Source: Nemertoderma westbladi (taxonomy: Eukaryota > Animalia > Xenacoelomorpha). From it: a stretch of 58,926 bases of DNA. Location: assembly GCA_032718475.1 (NCBI GenBank), contig JAUCBJ010008163.1, positions 1 to 58,926 on the forward strand. Direction: 5' to 3'. This document shows, in pieces, positions 23,298 through 36,068 of this stretch (position 1 is its first letter; each line of letters begins with the position of its first letter). The position numbers were made by a program, and so were the translations under genes. The notes below the pieces were generated by a model, which was not told the DNA's origin, did no database searches, and saw only the letters and a list, made by a program, of their open reading frames with translations.

Positions 23298-26168
23298 TTA
23301 TTGACTCACTTCGAAAATTCTAGACACCATATGGCAATTATTACTTATTGACTTCAATACATTACTCTCAGTTTTTTCCAACCGATGGAGCAGACTAGTG
23401 TTAGCTTTATAGATATTATCACTGAACAGTGGTAGTTTTAACTGATGTAATGAGAGCGAAATACTTGTCGCCTCGCCGTTTGTCATTCTTGGAATCTTAA
23501 ATAACTGCCTAGCAGCGTTATTGTATGCTACGGAAATCTTATTGTATATGCTATTTGAATAGTTACGGCTACACCACAAAGCACAGCAATAAACCTGAGT
23601 ACAATATGCACGAAATAAACAAAGCTTTATAGCTGTTGAGCAGCTACCGAATTTACGCACAATAATGTTTGCACGAGCATAAAGAGAACCCATCTGGGCC
23701 TTTATATCTTGTGTATTATCAGTACTACTGCACAAAATATGTCCTAAATATGAGAATTTATCAACAATATCGATTTCTTTACCGTATAACAACACTTTTG
23801 CAACTGATGTATTTTTAAAGCACTTTGGAATAAAATATAAACACTTTGTTTTCTTTTTACTGAGTAAAATTGAATTTTGATTAGCATGTGATACGGCCTT
23901 ATTAATTAATATTTGTAATCCTACAATAGAGTTTGACATTAAACATAAATCATCGGCATACAGTATAATATTAATTCTAGAATTACCAATCATACACCCG
24001 ACACCTGTGTCTGAAAGGTCGGTGCTCAGATCATCAAAATATACGATAAACAAAATCGGTGAAAATATTCCACCTTGTTTAGTCCCATTGGTTATCTTAA
24101 ATTGAGATGATAATACCCCATCCCACATTACTGCCATGTCTTGATTACGATACCAAAATGTTAATAACCTAACTATACAGATAGATACACCCCTACGTAA
24201 CAGTTTACTAAATAGCTCATAATGATTTATCCTATCGAATGCTTTCGACGCGTCTAACATACATACATACACTGGTGTATCACTAGATAAGTAATAATTA
24301 ATTAGCTCTTTTAGAGCGTATACACATGTTTCCGTTCCTAACTTTGGCTTACATCCAAATTGATTATCCTTAGTTCCGAGCTTATTACTGCACTTGTTAT
24401 ACATTAAGACTTCTACAACCTTACTGAGTACCGTCGATAACGCAATACCCCTATAGTTATCTTTAGCTAATAAATCACAAGTACGGTCTTTCACAAGTGG
24501 TATAATTATACAATTCATAAAATCGCTAGGCATATATCCATGTAAAAATATGGCATTGATTAACGTAACTAACTTATTTAATAGATTTACATTGCACCCA
24601 TACATTAAATGTTCGGCAATAAGCTTGTCGGGCACATATGCCTTACCAGTATTTAACTTAAGAATCGCAGCAAAAATTTCAGAAACTGTAAATGTCACTC
24701 GGTCGCTAGGTACAAAATTACGAATTTTCTCATCTACAAATGTTTTGTCAGTATCATCGTTAACACTGTTAAAAATAGATTCAAAATGTTGCCGCCACAT
24801 TTCGCTGATTTCAATAGCACCGTTTGCATTACCTATAACATTTGGTGGCGGAGTGTGCACACCGCAACGTTTATGTATCTGTGTCCAAAATTCCTTGCTA
24901 TTCCCAGTGTTACTAGATAATAGTGAATCAGCAAGTTTGTCGTCCCTTATCTTGTTCTCTTGTTTCTTGCAAGAGTGCAAGATCCTCTTAAAATTATACT
25001 TATTCTTTATATACTCTGTGAATAGAAATCCTTGCTTGGGGGACCCAGCAGCCTTCCAATTCAAAAACAATTGACGTGACCTATCGTAATACTCCTTTAC
25101 ATAATCATTCCAGCCTGGGATATGTTTAGCACCCGTTTTATTGCTGGATCTATTACACTTAAACGATGCATCACTTGCATTTTTCAACCCGTTTACAATA
25201 TCCGCATATAATTTGTCGATAGCTTCTTTACAGCAGCTACTCCCTATATATTTATGGTTTGTATCATCACTGGCACTGCACTTATTTAGTACTTGTTCAT
25301 TGTATGAAATGTCACCAAATACAACATTAACCAAATTTGTATAATTTTTAATTTCCTCTGGTTTAGCTTTTTCCCAATTTGGTCCAGAACTGTGAGGGTT
25401 CATAGAATACCCGTCCTCAACATTATTTGTTACCAATGGTATCAAATGAAAATTACAACCAATTGGCATATGGTCATCAATTGCACTGTCATACATAATA
25501 TATATATTATCAATTTTCGCACACAAAGTTCCAGAACACAGTACGTGGTCTAGCCACGAAGTTGTATTGTGCGCTGCACTTATAAACGAGAAAGTATCAA
25601 TTGGTAAGTTTACTACATCATAAATTTCCAACAGGTTATCGTTAGACCATGATTTTAGTTCTTCAAAATACGGCCTACCTACATGGGCATTAAAATCACC
25701 GGCAATGCATAAATATGTAAACGAATTGGACTCGTATACACTCATAATCTTACCCAAATATTCAGAAAAAATATTACCATTATCCTTATTCTCGAACGGC
25801 AAATAAACATTAATGATAAACATACTTTCATGACCATCTAGCTCAATAGTAGCCCCAAGTAGTCTGTCATCGTTGAAAGGCACCACACTCAATGCCGCGG
25901 TAAGCCGTTTGTGCCAAAGCACCGCCGACCCACCATGGGGTCTTCCCCTGAGTAGCCCACTGGTGTAATCCACCGGCAAGATACTGCGAGCTAAGTATTC
26001 AGGGTGAATACTGTTGAGGAAATCCAAGTCCTGAACCGGTAGCATCAACTCCTGGAGGAGGATCACATCCGCCCCTTCATTACAAATGTCGTTGATTGTC
26101 TTCAGCACCATTGGCCGACGTACTGAATTGCAGTTATATGAAACGAGCTTAATTCCCTGATAAGCCAT
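23298..26168 (-). CDS. LINE ORF2, APE endonuclease + reverse transcriptase, 956 aa, uninterrupted
   Basis: SYNCN, LLQE, GDFNA, WLDH, DDH (APE); NYRGI, LDASKAFD, KQGGIFSP, YADD, YLG (RT). Confidence 0.96.
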   Translation of the reverse strand: MAYQGIKLVSYNCNSVRRPMVLKTINDICNEGADVILLQELMLPVQDLDFLNSIHPEYLARSILPVDYTSGLLRGRPHGGSAVLWHKRLTAALSVVPFNDDRLLGATIELDGHESMFIINVYLPFENKDNGNIFSEYLGKIMSVYESNSFTYLCIAGDFNAHVGRPYFEELKSWSNDNLLEIYDVVNLPIDTFSFISAAHNTTSWLDHVLCSGTLCAKIDNIYIMYDSAIDDHMPIGCNFHLIPLVTNNVEDGYSMNPHSSGPNWEKAKPEEIKNYTNLVNVVFGDISYNEQVLNKCSASDDTNHKYIGSSCCKEAIDKLYADIVNGLKNASDASFKCNRSSNKTGAKHIPGWNDYVKEYYDRSRQLFLNWKAAGSPKQGFLFTEYIKNKYNFKRILHSCKKQENKIRDDKLADSLLSSNTGNSKEFWTQIHKRCGVHTPPPNVIGNANGAIEISEMWRQHFESIFNSVNDDTDKTFVDEKIRNFVPSDRVTFTVSEIFAAILKLNTGKAYVPDKLIAEHLMYGCNVNLLNKLVTLINAIFLHGYMPSDFMNCIIIPLVKDRTCDLLAKDNYRGIALSTVLSKVVEVLMYNKCSNKLGTKDNQFGCKPKLGTETCVYALKELINYYLSSDTPVYVCMLDASKAFDRINHYELFSKLLRRGVSICIVRLLTFWYRNQDMAVMWDGVLSSQFKITNGTKQGGIFSPILFIVYFDDLSTDLSDTGVGCMIGNSRINIILYADDLCLMSNSIVGLQILINKAVSHANQNSILLSKKKTKCLYFIPKCFKNTSVAKVLLYGKEIDIVDKFSYLGHILCSSTDNTQDIKAQMGSLYARANIIVRKFGSCSTAIKLCLFRAYCTQVYCCALWCSRNYSNSIYNKISVAYNNAARQLFKIPRMTNGEATSISLSLHQLKLPLFSDNIYKANTSLLHRLEKTESNVLKSISNNCHMVSRIFEVSQ

Positions 26169-26251
26169 TTCTGCTGATAATGTGTTAATACGTGAAACCT
26201 TTAAAAAATATCGCTAAAATTAATATTAAAAATGTAATGTAAACCCCATAA

Positions 26252-27495
26252 TCAGGTATTAGTTACACCATTATCACTGGTTGTGTCGTCTACTGACTCT
26301 GCTACCATGTCAGCTGCACTGTCGCTACCAACATCTTCATTATTAACAGGCTGCACCTCAATATCAACTTCCCGGGAACCTTTACCTCCAACACCGTGAT
26401 CACCTGACTGACCGACACTGCGCGGAAAGAAAACCCGGATCCTAGCAAATTCTGGCCACGCATCCTCGTCCAGTAATGTATCTTCATCTGCCTTATTGCA
26501 CGTTATAAGGAAGGAAGAGTACGGAGCATTTGCATCTGAAATCCGCTTGCACTCCGCTGTGACCTTAGTCGTGTCCCGTACGTAGTTCTGTATTTCTTTA
26601 ACATCGACCGTTTTACCACAGCCGGTGAGGAATAGCTTCTTTTTAGGCTGTACTGTAGTGAACGCTTTGTTCGAGGATTTCCCCTGAACATAGCGAGGAC
26701 TTTGTTTCTTCTTACCATATACTGGCGTGGAACGTCCGCCCGCTCCGTCCAGCGAGCGAGGGTCGCGTTGGGGGCGTACGTACCGGCTTACTGTTCCGAC
26801 CGATCTCCGTGAATCCGTCTGCCTGGGCGTTAGGAGCCAAGAGTGCCTTCTTATAACCAAACGGAACATCCCCGACGACGGCGGGTGGTCCACCAGTACC
26901 AGCACCACCGTGCTACCGATATGGAGGAGCATTAGGATTAAATCCACTGTTGGAAGATCCGTCGTTGTTGCTTAACTGTGGATTCCTCGAATGAAGAACC
27001 TCCAACACCGAAACATCTGGGATGGGCCCTCCCTGCACATCGCATCTAACACCGGTACCGGTAGTCGCCGCAATTCCCGCCGATGGACACCTACTGGTAG
27101 ACATCGCCTCCAGAACGGCAACCCTATCCTTAAGTCTACTCACCATATTCATGAGGAGAGCAATATCCGCATCCATTAGGTTAAATGGAGGCAGTAAACT
27201 AATATCTTTAGGAATAAACTTTGGTTTAGTTGGAGCATTCACCTCATTGCTGCTGCCAGCACCATTGTCTGAAGTCGCATCACTCATACGCGTGGTAGAC
27301 TGCGTAGAACTGTTGACGATACCTGGATATTCAAATATCTCAAGAATATCACAGATTATATTCTTCTTAGTAAATCGCCATTCTGACGGGACTTACAGAA
27401 GTTCTGCTTCTGCTTGTCTCTATCATTCTTAGATATCATTGATATAGCAAGCAGCTTTGCTTCTTTCAACATACTGTCAGTAAACTTTGGCCACG
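26252..27495 (-). pseudogene. LINE ORF1 (5'-truncated, disrupted)
   Basis: FTDSMLKEAK, PKFIPKDISLLPP..DI and C-terminal LFLT..YSSFLI..LLDEDAWPE..IRVF motifs lie in different frames. Frameshift near 27365, in-frame TAG at 26913-26915, frame change near 26720-26790. Confidence 0.75.
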
Positions 27496-27499
27496 GCTA

Positions 27500-28080
27500 T
27501 CCAGTTATCCCTATATCAGACTTAAGAATTTCTAAGAGTTTCTCATGTTCAACCATGTCGAACGCTGCAGATAAATCCAAGAGAACAACTAGCACTGCTG
27601 AACCTGAGTCGATGCTGCGGAGAATAGAATCATTTACTGAAAGAAGTGCTGTTTCTGTTCCGTGGTGGTGCCTGTATGCACTTTGCATCGGCTCATGTAG
27701 GTTGTGAAGATTCATATGTTGAATCAGCTGGTTTGCGACGACCTTTTCTGTTAATTTCGAAATGTAAAGCAAGTTGGAGACTGGCCTGAAGTTTTTAAGA
27801 ATTTCTGGGTCCAATTTTATCTTCTTAAGAACTGGTGTTAACACTGCCTCCTTAAACAGAGATGGAACTGTACCCATTGACAATGACATATTAATAATAC
27901 AGGTAATAAGAGGCAGCAGCAGATTGATAGACAGCTTGACCAAGCTCGTCGGCATCGGGTTGCGTGGACTCATTTTAGATTTCGAGTTATTTATAAGTTC
28001 CTTCGTCTCCTCAGTGGAAATTTCACGGAAAGAGCTAAATCCTTGATCTGTAACCGTTGGGGTGTTAAAAGCCGCCGGGT
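27500..28080 (-). mobile_element. Outer L2 LINE, 5' segment (truncated)
   Basis: KNFRPVSNL, QSAYRHHHGTETALL and LLDLSAAFD..H..LL motifs; the frame runs exactly into the TSD (GITG|NA). 5' boundary approximate. Confidence 0.9.
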
Positions 28081-29276
28081 CACCCAGTCCAATAGGGTGA
28101 GATTTTGTTTCCGTCAGAGTCGCCATTCCCGCCAATGTCGGACGAACTAGTATAGGAATTGTTTCCGTATGAGCAACCGGCCCAATCGATCGGGCGTTTA
28201 CTTCGGTCAGAACAGTGGGCCCAATCTGCAGACAAATAAGCATTGTCTACTTTATAACGAACCTGCCTATTATAATAGGCCAGGGTAGTTTTTGTCAAGA
28301 GTTGAGCCTTTCAAAAACACCATGTGGTTGTGTGTGTGTATATATATATATATATAACCATCCAATATCTCAAAAACTCAAGCAGGTACACAAAAATTTT
28401 AATAACAAACTCTACATAGATTTTTGTTGCGCACAAGACTGTATATTTTTTGTGGCGTTTCGATCACGGGGTCACTGAAAAATAGCGGTTTTGAAAATTT
28501 AATGTCGAATTTCACCGATTTCAACTCATCGAGTATGCACCAAGTTTTTTTATTTGGGCTATTCAGTCATTTGAGCAACATATTTGAGCCTCAGAATCTT
28601 TTCAAATATCGCCAATCTCGCACAGAACGTTGCCAAAATTTGTTAGTCCGGCAAAAAAAGCGCACAAATTCATCTAAAAGGGTAAATTATTGGTTGCAGA
28701 ATAATATGATTCAACTAGAAAAGCCAGCAAGCTGGCTATAAGGAGACCATCCATAGACAAACAGTTGTGTTAGTTGGGTCCCCCCTCATTCATTATCATC
28801 AACCTATAAAACATTTGAACGGCCCAGTGCTTACAATGATATTCCCATAAGATTCACTGGGAAGAGCTATTCAGCTGGGGGGTAATACATTATACAAACT
28901 TACAGTTGATGTTTGATTACTGTCTGGGATAGAGAGAGAGAGTAATAAATTTGGCAAGAATATACTTCTCTGCAGTTTGGGCTATCCATTCAATAAATAG
29001 TAGTAGCTTACTAGGCCCACAGGAGTACCAGCAGCTGGTGTTTCTATCGTTGAGTTGAAGGCAATTATCGTGTTTTCATTTTCACTCACTGATGGTACTG
29101 GTTTGAGGGGCAGGTTCGTTTAAAGCCAGCTTGCTGGTGTTAACATATTAATGTAAAGATTTGTTTTGTTATCCGTGGAAAAAAAATACTATTTTTATAA
29201 ATTCCGAATATTTTAGTAAAGTTCACCCAAACATAATGTCCTAGTGACTCGTCGACGCCTTTTTCTTCCGTTTTAG

Positions 29277-29399
29277 TGTTTCAACTGCGAGAGCGAAGCG
29301 ATGTACTACTGCTGTTGGAACACGAGTTATTGCAGCACTAACTGCCAGCAGGAACATTGGCATCGGGAACACAAGAAATATTGTCGAAGGAAACGGTAA
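29277..29399 (+). CDS. ZMYND11: ZMYND11 last coding exon: MYND zinc finger
   Basis: ttccgttttag| [40 protein letters not shown]; nearly identical to the recalled human ZMYND11 C-terminus, including the stop position. Confidence 0.97.
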   Translation, partial: CFNCESEAMYYCCWNTSYCSTNCQQEHWHREHKKYCRRKR

Positions 29400-30304
29400 A
29401 TTCTCCAGAAATCTGAGAATCATAGATATTTTATTCAGAAGTGGCAATAGTTGAGCCCCAATGTTACATAACTCTAAATATTAATAATATTCAACAGGAT
29501 AGATTTTACTAATATTTGGATTGTTTTAGTTGAACGCATTTATAAACTATTTTATATAACATCAGCCATACTGTGTGCATTGCCATTGGTTGAAGTTAAT
29601 CATGTGCTTACTGCTTAGGACTTGCTTTTACAAATTTTTCCCTTTTTGGTTTTTTAGGATCTAATATTAGGTTACCAAAATGATAGGCTACAACACTCTT
29701 ATTGACTTTATTACATTCGATAAATTACTACATTCCTATTGGTTAAGAAAATTTCAATTTTCTACTGTATTGGTTATCCAGCAACTCACTATTTTCTAGA
29801 ATATACTTAGTCATTCCTATTTATAAATAATTCATGTTTCATAGCTTGTAAATTTGTTTGAATTCACAACAAAACCGTCAAAAATTCATTAGTCATGTTA
29901 AAAATGTATTTTTTATCACCATTTAAATGGGTATTTTATATTCGTCTATATTTCGTTATTTCTTAACTCTTAGACTTTATTTTTAACTATTTTCGTCTGG
30001 TCACGGTACCCGGGGTGCATATATTTTTAATATTTGATGTGCTATAAAGGTTTATGTACTTGTTATGTGTTTATTGTTGTTAATAAATCATCGTATACTG
30101 CCTAAATATAAAAGCCTTAGAAGTTATGTACTATGGTTGGTAGCTTACAGTGTGTGAGTAACAAACGACATATTTAATAATTGTCTTTGTAGGTTTTTTT
30201 TAATTTGTTTTATGAATTTGTTTTAAATTCATCCCAATAATTAATAGTTACATTTGTTTAATAAAAACTCAAAAGTTGCCTTCATTTGATTTTTTTCTTG
30301 TAAT

Positions 30305-33300
30305 CTTGTAAACCTTAAATCTCGTAAAATATAAAAAAAACGTTGTGTTTGAACCCAAATATCGCGAGAACTATAAATCATATGTAAAAACGGTTACTGT
30401 ATTTGGAATCTGCTGTTAATTTAAAACACTAAAAGAAGTATTACAAGTTAATTTTTCTCTAATGGTTACAGAAACAGACTGGGAATAGTTATGTATGCTT
30501 TTTCAAGAAAAAATACCTTAAATCTCGTAAAATATCAAAAAAACGTTATGTTTGAACCCAAATATCGCGAGAACTATAAATCATATGTAAAAACGGTTAC
30601 TGTATTTGGAATCTGATGTTAATTTAATACTAAAAGAAGTATTATAAGTTAATTTTTCTCTAAATGTTACAGAAACGGACTGGGATTAGTTATGTATGCT
30701 TTTTCAAGAAAAAATACCTTAAATGTCGTAAAATATCAAAAAACGTTTTGTTTGAACCCAAATATCGCGAGAACTTTAAAAACAGTCACTGTATTTGGAA
30801 TCTGCTATTAATTTAACACTAAAAGAAGTATTACAAGTTAATTTTTCTCTAAATGTTACAGAAATGGACTGGGAATAGTTATGTATGCTTTTTCAAGAAA
30901 AAATACCTTAAATCTCGTAAAATATCAAAAAAACGTTGTGTTTGAACCCAAATATCGTGAGAACTATAAATCATATGTAAAAACGGTTACTGTATTTGGA
31001 ATCTGCTATTAATTTAACACTAAAAGAAGTATCATAAGTTAATTTTTCTCTAAATGTTACAGAAACGGACTGGGAATAGTTATGTATGCTTTTTCAAGAA
31101 AAAATACCTTAACTCTCGTAAAATATCAAAAAAACGTTATGTTTGAACCCAAATATCGCGAGAACTATAAATCATATGTAAAAACAGTTACTGTATTTGG
31201 AATCTGCTGTTAATTTAACACTAAATGAAGTATTACAAGTTAATTTTTCTCTAAATGTTACAGAAACGGACTGGGAATAGTTATGTCTGCTTTTTCAAGA
31301 AAAAATTCCTTAAATCTCGTAAAATATCAAAAAAAATTTGTGTTTGAACCCAAATATCGTGAGAACTATAAATCATATGTAAAAACGGTTACTGTATTTG
31401 GAATCTGCTGTTAATTTAACACTAAAAGAAGTATCATAAGTTAATTTTTCTCTAAATGTTACAGAAACGGACTGGGAATAGTTATGTATGCTTTTTCAAG
31501 AAAAAATACCTTAAATCTCGTAAAATATCAAAACAACGTTATGTTTGAACCCAAATATCGCGAGAACTATAAATCATATGTAAAAACGGTTACTGTATTT
31601 GGAATCTGCTGTTAATTTAACACTAAAAGAAGTATCACAAGTTACCTTTTCTCTAAATGTTACAGAAACGGACTGGGAATAGTTATGTATGCTTTTTCAA
31701 GAAAAAATACCTTAAATCTCGAAAAATATCAAAAAAACATTGTGTTTGAACCCAAATATCGCGAGAACTATAAATCATATGTAAAAACGGTTACTGTATT
31801 TGGAATCTGCTATTAATTTAACACTAAAAGAAGTATCATAAGTTAATTTTTCTCTAAATGTTACAGAAACGGACTGGGAATAGTTATGTATGCTTTTTCA
31901 AGAAAAAATACCTTAAATCTCGTAAAATATCAAAAAAACGTTATATTTGAACCCAAATATCGCGAGAACTATAAATCATATGTAAAAACAGTTACTGTAT
32001 TTGGAATCTGCTGTTAATTTAACACTAAATGAAGTATTACAAGTTAATTTTTCTCTAAATGTTACAGAAACGGACTGGGAATAGTTATGTATGCTTTTTC
32101 AAGAAGAAATTCCTTAAATCTCGTAAAATATCAAAAAAAATTTGTGTTTGAACCCAAATATCGTGAGAACTATAAATCATATGTAAAAACGGTTACTGTA
32201 TTTGGAATCTGCTGTTAATTTAACACTAAAAGAAGTATCATAAGTTAATTTTTCTCTAAATGTTACAGAAACGGACTGGGAATAGTTATGTATGCTTATT
32301 CAAGAAAAAATACCTTAAATCTCGTAAAATATCAAAACAACGTTATGTTTGAACCCAAATATCGCGAGAACTATAAATCATATGTAAAAACGGTTACTGT
32401 ATTTGGAATCTGCTGTTAATTTAACACTAAAAGAAGTATCATAAGTTAATTTTTCTCTAAATGTTAAAGAAACGGACTGGGAATAGTTATGTATGCTTTT
32501 TCAAGAAAAAATACCTTAAATCTCGTAAAATATCAAAAAAACGTTGTGTTATCGCGAGAACTATAAATCATATGTAAAAACGGTTACTGTATTTGGAATC
32601 TGATGTTAATTTAATACTAAAAGAAGTATTATAAGTTAATTTTTCTCTAAATGTTACAGAAACAGACTGGGAATAGTTATGTTTGCTTTTCAAGAAAAAA
32701 TACCTTAAATCTCATAAAATATCAAAAAAACGTTGTGTTTGAACACAAATATCGCGAGAACTATAAATCATATGTAAAAACGGTCACTGTATTTGGAATC
32801 TGCTGTTAATTTAACACTAAAAGAAGTATCATAAGTTAATTTTTCTCTAAATGTTACAGAAATGGACTGGGAATAGTTATGTTCTTTTTCAAGAAAAAAT
32901 ACCTTAAATCTCGTAAAATATCAAAAAAACGTTGTGTTTGAACCCAAATATCGCGAGAACTATAAATCATATGTAAAAACGGTTACTTTATTTGTAATCT
33001 GCGTTTAATTTAACACTAAAAGAAGTATCACAAGTTAATTTTTCTCTAAATGTTACAGAAACGGACTGGGAATAGTTATTATGTATGCTTTTTCAAGAAA
33101 AAATACCTTAAATCTCGTAAAATATCAAAAAAATGTTGTGTTTGAACCCAAATATCGCGAGAACTATAAATCATATGTAAAAACGGTCACTGTATTTGGA
33201 ATCTGCGGTTAATTTAACACTAAAAGAAGTATCACAAGTTACCTTTTCTCTAAATGTTACAGAAACGGACTGGGAATAGTTATGTATGCTTTTTCAAGAA

Positions 33301-33372
33301 AAAATATCTTAAATCTCGTAAAATATCAAAAAAACGTTGTGTTTGAACCCAAATATCGCGAGAACAATAAAT
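30305..33372. repeat. 201-bp AT-rich satellite, ~15 copies
   Basis: GAACCCAAAT marker at 31145, 31346, 31547, 31748, 31949, 32150, 32351 (201-bp period); a few units carry ~11-bp deletions. Confidence 0.98.
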
Positions 33373-33374
33373 CT

Positions 33375-34650
33375 ATGACATTTCAAAATCTCAATTTGAA
33401 AATGACATTTTTACAAAATGACATGTCAAAATGTCAGTTTGAAAATGACATTTTGGCAAAATGATATGTCAAAATGTCAATTTGAAAATGACATTTTAGC
33501 AAAATGACATGTCAAAATGTCAATTTCAAAATGACATGTCAAAATGTCAATTTCAAAATGACATGTCAAAATGTAAATTTGAAAATGACATTTTGGCAAA
33601 ATAACATGTCAAAATGTCAAATTTCAATTGAAAAATGACATTTTGGCAAAATGACACGTCAAAATGTCAATTTAAAATGACATTTTGGCAAAATGACATG
33701 TCAAAATGTCAATTTCAAAATGACATTTTGACAAAATGACAAAATGTCAATTTGAAAATGACATTTTGCCAAAATGACATATCAAAATGTCAATTTGAAA
33801 ATGACATTTTGGCAAAATGACATGTCAAAATGTAAAATTTCAATTTACAAATGACATTTTGTCAAAATTACATGTTAAAATGTCAATTTCAAAATGACAT
33901 TTTGTCAAAATGACATGTCAAAATGTCAATTGGAAAATGCATTTTCAAAATGACATTTTGGCAAACTGACATGTCAAAATGTCAATTGGAAAATGCATTT
34001 TGGCAAAATGACATGTCAAAATGTAAATTTGAAAATGACATTTCGTCAAAATAATATGTCAAAATGTCAAATGTCAATTTAAAAATGACATTTTGGCAAC
34101 ATGACATGTCAAAATGTCAATTTCAAAATGACATTTTGACAAACTGAGAAAATGTCAATTTGAAAATGACATTTTGCCAAAATGTCATGTCAAAATGTCA
34201 ATTTGAAAATGACATTTTGGCTAAATGACATGTCAAAATGTCAAATGTCAATTTAAAAATGACATTTTGGCAAAATGACATGTCAAAATGTCAATTTCAA
34301 AATGTCATTTTGGCAAAATTACATGTCAAAATGTCAATTTGAAAATGCATTTTCAAAATGACATTTTGGCAAAATGATATGTCAAAATGTAAAATGTCAA
34401 TTTACAAATGACATTTTGTCAAAATGACATGTTAAAATGTCAATTTCAAAATGACATTTTGTCAAATTGACATGTCAAAATGTCAATTGGAAAATGCATT
34501 TTCAAAATGACATTTTGGCAAAATGACATGTCAAAATGTCAATTTCAAAATGACATTTTGGCAAAATGACATGTCAAAATGTCAATTTGAAAATGCATTT
34601 TCAAAATGACATTTTGGTAAAATGACATGTCAAAATGTCATAATGTCAAT
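33375..34650. repeat. Quasi-palindromic ~43-bp tandem array built from AAAATGAC/GTCAAAAT modules
   Basis: Consensus GAAAATGACATTTTGGCAAAATGACATGTCAAAATGTCAATTT, with variable module order. Confidence 0.95.
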
Positions 34651-35603
34651 AAAATTATAACATGGTTGTGGTTAAGTTTTAATTTTAGCACTAACTCAAC
34701 ATAATTTTCCCACGCAATTATTATCGGCATTATCAATCTTACAATGAGTTCGCCTGATGACTCGCGGACGTACTAAAGTCTAGCGATATTAGTGCCCGTG
34801 GCCACTAATCCCTCCCCCCATTGTGTAGGTCAAACATACAGTATCCCCCCCCCAAACCTACGCCCTTACCGCATTCCTATAGTGAAGTGTGGATCAGTGG
34901 ATGTTCTAAACAATACAGATTCTAACAATAAATAAATTGTTTAACATTTCCGGAAGAAGGGCTATTTTATACAACGACAGGTCGTCCCTTATTCGTTACT
35001 CTTAAACCACAGACTAAACAATGATATTTTACCACAGTATTTATTATGCCTATAAAGTTATTATTTGTAATATCTATGTGATATTTGCATAGAAGATTTT
35101 AAGATAAAGGTGAGGAAACCAATTTGCCAGATATGGACTCGTATCAAACATTGCTTTCCATATTTAAATAATCGCAATACATTCAGTGAGAATATTGATT
35201 AATTGAAAATCTTTAGTTTTTTTAACTCTATTTTAACATATGTTTACGTATAGTATTACCTTGTACTGAATAATTTATAAATTAAATAATTTAGTTTATT
35301 TTTAACACGTTCGAATGTGGTGGTGAATATTATCCTGATGTTTATTTTACTACCTATATATTTTTGTACTTTATTTTACTAATAAATTATACTAGTCGCC
35401 TCCTAGGTAGTTCCTTATTAAATAATTACTAAAATATTGAAGGCGAAATTAAGTATTCTGAAAACCCAACGAAGAAAAACAAAGATTAAAACTACCTGTT
35501 GACTGATTCAAATTGCTTGCAATATCAGTAATATTTTTCGAAGAACAGGAATTTATTATTCTTATAAATAATTATTTTTCTTATAAATTATTGCTAGAAT
35601 TAA

Positions 35604-36032
35604 CCCTATCCATACCGGGGGGGGGGGACTTTTGGAGACGCACTTTATTTGATAGCTTGGTTCAAAGCCAAACCACATTTATTGCAAGTGAAATTCCGTT
35701 ACTTTTCCTAAAATTTATTATTCTTTATCTTAAAACAAAAATTAATTTTCATATTATTATTTATGACCATGAAAATGACTCGTAAACTGACCTGTCTCTG
35801 AAACTGTCATATTATTGCTGAACTATTATAGGCGGGAAATTTAAAATTCAATCAATTTAATATAAATTTAAAATCAATTTAAACATAATTATAGTAAATA
35901 AATATTATATTTCAGCATTAGTGTGTGGCATATTTGGATAGAGGAATAAATTTTGTATCTAAAACTTTTTACTTTAAAGTAATATCATCACACTACACAA
36001 AGTTATATGCTTCCAAACTTTACGTCCCCAAA

Positions 36033-36068
<36 letters not shown>

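Larger units (their letters stand above)
23092..27499 (-). mobile_element. Nested near-full-length LINE (tentatively RTE-X-like), 4.4 kb
   Basis: 6-bp TSD TCCAGT at 23086-23091 and 27500-27505; AATAAA + (TGAAA)n tail; broken ORF1 and intact ORF2. Confidence 0.93.
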
